Source: Azolla caroliniana
Taxonomy: Eukaryota > Plantae > Polypodiophyta
Length of the DNA stretch: 64,000 nt
NCBI GenBank assembly: GCA_043228905.1
Contig: JBHGNT010000001.1
Location: forward strand, 30,380,001-30,444,000
Direction of reading: 5' to 3'
Shown here: positions 60,442 to 64,000 of the stretch, piece after piece
Numbering within the stretch: the first letter of the stretch is position 1
How the letters are laid out: every line of letters begins with the position of its first letter
The notes under the pieces: model-generated
Seen by the model: the letters and a program-made list of their open reading frames with translations, nothing else
The model's database searches: none
What the model was told of the DNA's origin: nothing
Made by a program: the position numbers and the translations under genes

Positions 60442-61860
60442 CTATTTCCTGAAACGTTTCGCAAACGCTTCATCTGATGTGGTAACAACTGAACACAAAG
60501 GCACATGCTTCTTCAGCAATCCTTTCTCTTTGAGTTGGTTTATGAGGGCAAATCTAGGAATGAGCCTCTTCTCAAGGCTTGAGGTCATATAACCAGGGCA
60601 GCTGAGAAGTTCCTCAATATCTCGTCCCAACGTCACAGAAAGATAACTGATCTTCTTATTCATAGCATCTTCTCGCATACATAATACATTAGGCTGTCTC
60701 CGAACCATTAATATAGCTTGATCATGAGAGAACCCTAATGTTTTCATGTACTCGAATTTCACCATTAATCGTGCCGGGGCATATTTGGACCATAATCCTA
60801 AAGCTCTTACCCCACCTTTGGTTTTCAGATCTAAGCCAAAATACTCAAGAAGCTCTAGCCTTTTTGATAGACCAGGTTCTAAAGAACCAGAGAAAACCCT
60901 AGGATGACTTCTCAAAATATGAGCAAGGCTTTCTTTAGACATACCCTTACTGTACAGAAGGTCACATCGTGGCATCACATTCTTCTCTATGCTAAGCTTG
61001 AAGAATTCTGGAAGCCTAGCCATGGTGAGACATATACCAGAAGGATTAAGACCTATTTCTTTAAGAAAAGAAACGTGTTTCTGCAGGTTTTGTGGCGATG
61101 AACACAGAGATAAGCTTCCTGACTTGAGCAAAATGAACCTTCTAAGGAGTTCTCCTGTGAGACCAGACTCTTCAAGAAGCTCTAGCTTCATTCTGAAGCT
61201 ATTAAGGTTAGAGTTGATGAAGGATGGATTTGAACAAAGGAAGTTACCAGCTAGGGTTCCTGTGATACCTCGATTTTTAAGGAGATGCAGGAGGAGAGCG
61301 AGCTTATCACTTCGTGGTTCAGCAGAGAGGACTGTATTGATCTGTGACTCGCTTAATCCTTCTTGACGAAGAAGATCCCTCTTCGACATAACATCTGTTC
61401 CTTCTGTCCCAGCAGAGGTGTTGGAATTAAGAGAAGTTTCACCTTGAAGAAGATCTCTCTGCAAATTCACCTCATTTTCTTCTTCTTCTTTTTCATCCGC
61501 TTTTATTGCTGAATTGTCTACTTCTCCTTCTCCTTTTGCCGCTGATCCTTCTTCTGTTCGTATGAAGATATTAGAGCAGAACAATCGATGGTGGATGAAT
61601 GCGAGTTTCTTAAACTGATGCTGATGAGACCTGCAGGTGACACCCCCATGGATCTTGGACATAACATACCGAGCTTCTTCTTCTCCTCCTCCTTCTTGCT
61701 CTGCGTCTACTTCTACTTCTACTTGTGTTGGTACAGAGACATTGGGGCAGAAGAACGGTGGACGCCTCTTCTTCTTGCACTGATTCTGACAGTGATGATG
61801 ATGAAACGAGTCGGTGGTGATGATCCTTCCGCGCATCCATGCAAGGAGAACACGCATCAT
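60442..61860 (-). CDS. mTERF family protein (organelle-targeted)
   Basis: mTERF repeats (FLKEIGL, ILRSHPRVF, MVRRQPNVL) and C-terminal CPGYMTSSLEKRLIPR..SDEAFAKRF. First ATG at 61860 gives an Arg-rich presequence-like N-terminus. Confidence 0.92.
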   Translation of the reverse strand: MMRVLLAWMRGRIITTDSFHHHHCQNQCKKKRRPPFFCPNVSVPTQVEVEVDAEQEGGGEEEARYVMSKIHGGVTCRSHQHQFKKLAFIHHRLFCSNIFIRTEEGSAAKGEGEVDNSAIKADEKEEEENEVNLQRDLLQGETSLNSNTSAGTEGTDVMSKRDLLRQEGLSESQINTVLSAEPRSDKLALLLHLLKNRGITGTLAGNFLCSNPSFINSNLNSFRMKLELLEESGLTGELLRRFILLKSGSLSLCSSPQNLQKHVSFLKEIGLNPSGICLTMARLPEFFKLSIEKNVMPRCDLLYSKGMSKESLAHILRSHPRVFSGSLEPGLSKRLELLEYFGLDLKTKGGVRALGLWSKYAPARLMVKFEYMKTLGFSHDQAILMVRRQPNVLCMREDAMNKKISYLSVTLGRDIEELLSCPGYMTSSLEKRLIPRFALINQLKEKGLLKKHVPLCSVVTTSDEAFAKRFRK

Positions 61861-61885
61861 ACACTTTAACCCTAATCCATGGAGG

Positions 61886-62045
61886 GATACAGAGAGAGGT
61901 GCATGTAACACTTTTGCTCAAAACCCCGAGCTTTAAAGCCCTAAACCTAATCCTGATACAGAGAGAGGTGCATGTAACACTTCTGCTCAAAACCCCGAGC
62001 TTTAAAGCCCTAACCCTAATCCTGATACAGAGAGAGGTGCATGTA
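61886..62045. repeat. 69-bp tandem repeat just upstream of the mTERF start
   Basis: GATACAGAGAGAGGTGCATGTAACACTT.TGCTCAAAACCCCGAGCTTTAAAGCCCTAA.CCTAATCCT occurs ~2.3 times. AACCCTAA (telo-box-like) motifs continue to ~62250. Confidence 0.85.
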
Positions 62046-64000
62046 GCATGAGGAGTTTTTGTTCCGAACGCGAAAGACACTGAACCCTAACCCTGATTCC
62101 TAGAGGAGTACTTCTAGCCAACAAGAAGGGAAAGGGGCAGGGGCATATCGATCAAAACCTTTAACTTAACCTAAACCCTAACCCTAACCCTAACACATAG
62201 AGAGGTGTTTCCAAAAGCGAAGTTTTGCTTAAAACACCCTAACCCTGATCCATGCAATTGCTCTGTTGTTGTTGTTGTTTTTTTTCTTTTTAAACCAAGA
62301 GGGGCATTTCCTGGGAATAACAGAAACATGAGTAAGGAGCGTTTCCGGAAACGAAGATAAAACTGTCGGGTATGTATTTGTTCGGGAGTCCTTCGGGTTC
62401 CGATGACGAGTCCTTTTTTTATTGCCATCCCTTCAATCTCCGAATATTCATAATTTTTTATTAACTTTCTTATATGAAATGGGATCTCCATTTGAATGAT
62501 GGATAGATAGATAGTTAGTTAAGAAGATCGTTCCCGCTTTGCCCAACACCCTCTCTGTAACCTCTTTGGGATGAATAATCCTTGGGATATGTAGTTCTAC
62601 ATGAGATGTTAGTTTCAAGAGCCTCCATGGCCCTCCAAGAGACGTTGTTGACCCTAGGAACACCTAGATTTAACTTAGCCAAAATCACCATGTCATGAGA
62701 CTCGTCTCACTATTTATTTGCATCATATGTTGTTGGTGAACAAGTTTGCGGGCCAAAGTATCGCTCTATGAAATGTTGTTAGTCTCTTCCAATCCCCTAC
62801 GTGCGCATTTGTCTCACGATCTCACAATTTGTGATATACCCATTTGCCATGCTTGTTACTCGAATATTCTTGAATATTGAGAGTTGCGTATCAACGCTGT
62901 ACATAGTACATGAAAAATGTTTCATATTTTACATGAGAAGGACAATAAGGATGTCTCGCTTTTTGTTTGTAATAATAATAATACTTGTTCTCACGCTTTG
63001 TAGCTTCTCTCCTCTCATGTCTTTTCAAGAAGAACTAGAATGATCTGAAGTCCGCATAAAGTACATCGATCATCGTGTAGCCTAGTTTAGAAGCGGATAT
63101 TGGAGGTATGTATTGGCACAAACATGACAAGAATCACAAAGAATTGAATAAAAACTGGAGAACAATCTAGAAAGAGCCTAGTTACGCAATAACTCCCAAA
63201 AGGTCCATTTGTAAGGGAATGCAGTTGGCAAAGGGTGAGACGTGAGACGCAGCTCCAAGATAATTGCCAAAACTATAACAAGATTCAAGCAATAATTGAT
63301 ATACCAAACATGGCCAAAATTAGGTTTTTGGCAACGAGAACATTTGGAGAAACAAAAGATACAAGTTTTGGAGCCAAAGATGCACAACATTTGAATTTTC
63401 GAGATTGGAAAATGGAATTGGTGTTCTCGTTGCATGAAGGACCAATCATAGAGCAACTAGTGAACAAAAAAGATTAAAAAAAAAAACCATGGCTTAATCA
63501 ATCATAAAAGAACCTCTCAAAAAAGTTTGAAAACCATAGCAAAATTTGAATTATGAGGACATGGAAATAGCACAAACCCAATGAATGAATGAATGCATAA
63601 TCATAAATATTAAGTTCTGAGTGGATTCATTGGGGAAAACTCTCGATAGGTAACTATGTAGTATGTAAGTAATGAGAATAAATGAGAAATTAAATTTCAG
63701 AAATTAATAAATAGGGAAAATAAATAAATAATAAATGGGTTTTGTAGGGGGGGGGGGGGGGGGGGAGGTGATGGGAACAGGGGAGGGTCCACGTTGTACG
63801 TGATGCGATAAAAAAGGAAGGAAACAAATGATTGCCTCAAGGACATGATTAATGAATTACTACTACTGTAACATAAATCCATGCATATACATACATAATG
63901 TAATCAAATGATTCTGTCTCTGTCTCTGTTTGCTGCCTCTGACAATAGAAACAGAGGCTTCATGCAAGGCAGAGGAGGAAGAAACAGAGGAGGATAATAC

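Overview
Eukaryotic nuclear DNA from a land plant. It is probably a fern or other seed-free vascular plant, inferred from intronless PLS-class PPR genes with a WW-like DYW domain. Host genes: an nsLTP/8-cysteine-motif gene (-), an 11-exon BSH/SNF5 SWI/SNF subunit gene (+), an ankyrin + tandem CCCH zinc finger (TZF) gene (+), an F-box/LRR gene (-), two tandem PLS-PPR genes (+), tRNA-Ala(UGC) (-) and an mTERF gene (-). The first 14 kb is a nest of mobile DNA: a Ty3/gypsy gag plus LTR interrupted by a degenerate LINE with a tRNA-like 5' head, a 1.15-kb mini LTR element (tRNA-Ala PBS, 4-bp ATAT TSD) with a related solo LTR, and a hAT-type MITE. The most notable feature is an apparently complete ~8.1-kb Mutator-like element (18189-26271) inserted ~30 bp upstream of the BSH ATG. 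It has long TIRs and a 10-12-bp TSD. It carries a spliced C2H2-zinc-finger/SIM/Ulp1 SUMO-protease gene with an intact reading frame, a multi-zinc-domain transposase with a single nonsense codon, and two kinds of short-motif array. The layout recalls, but differs from, the VANDAL/KAONASHI MULEs, making it a candidate self-targeted anti-silencing system. All calls come from manual reading; no database searches were run.
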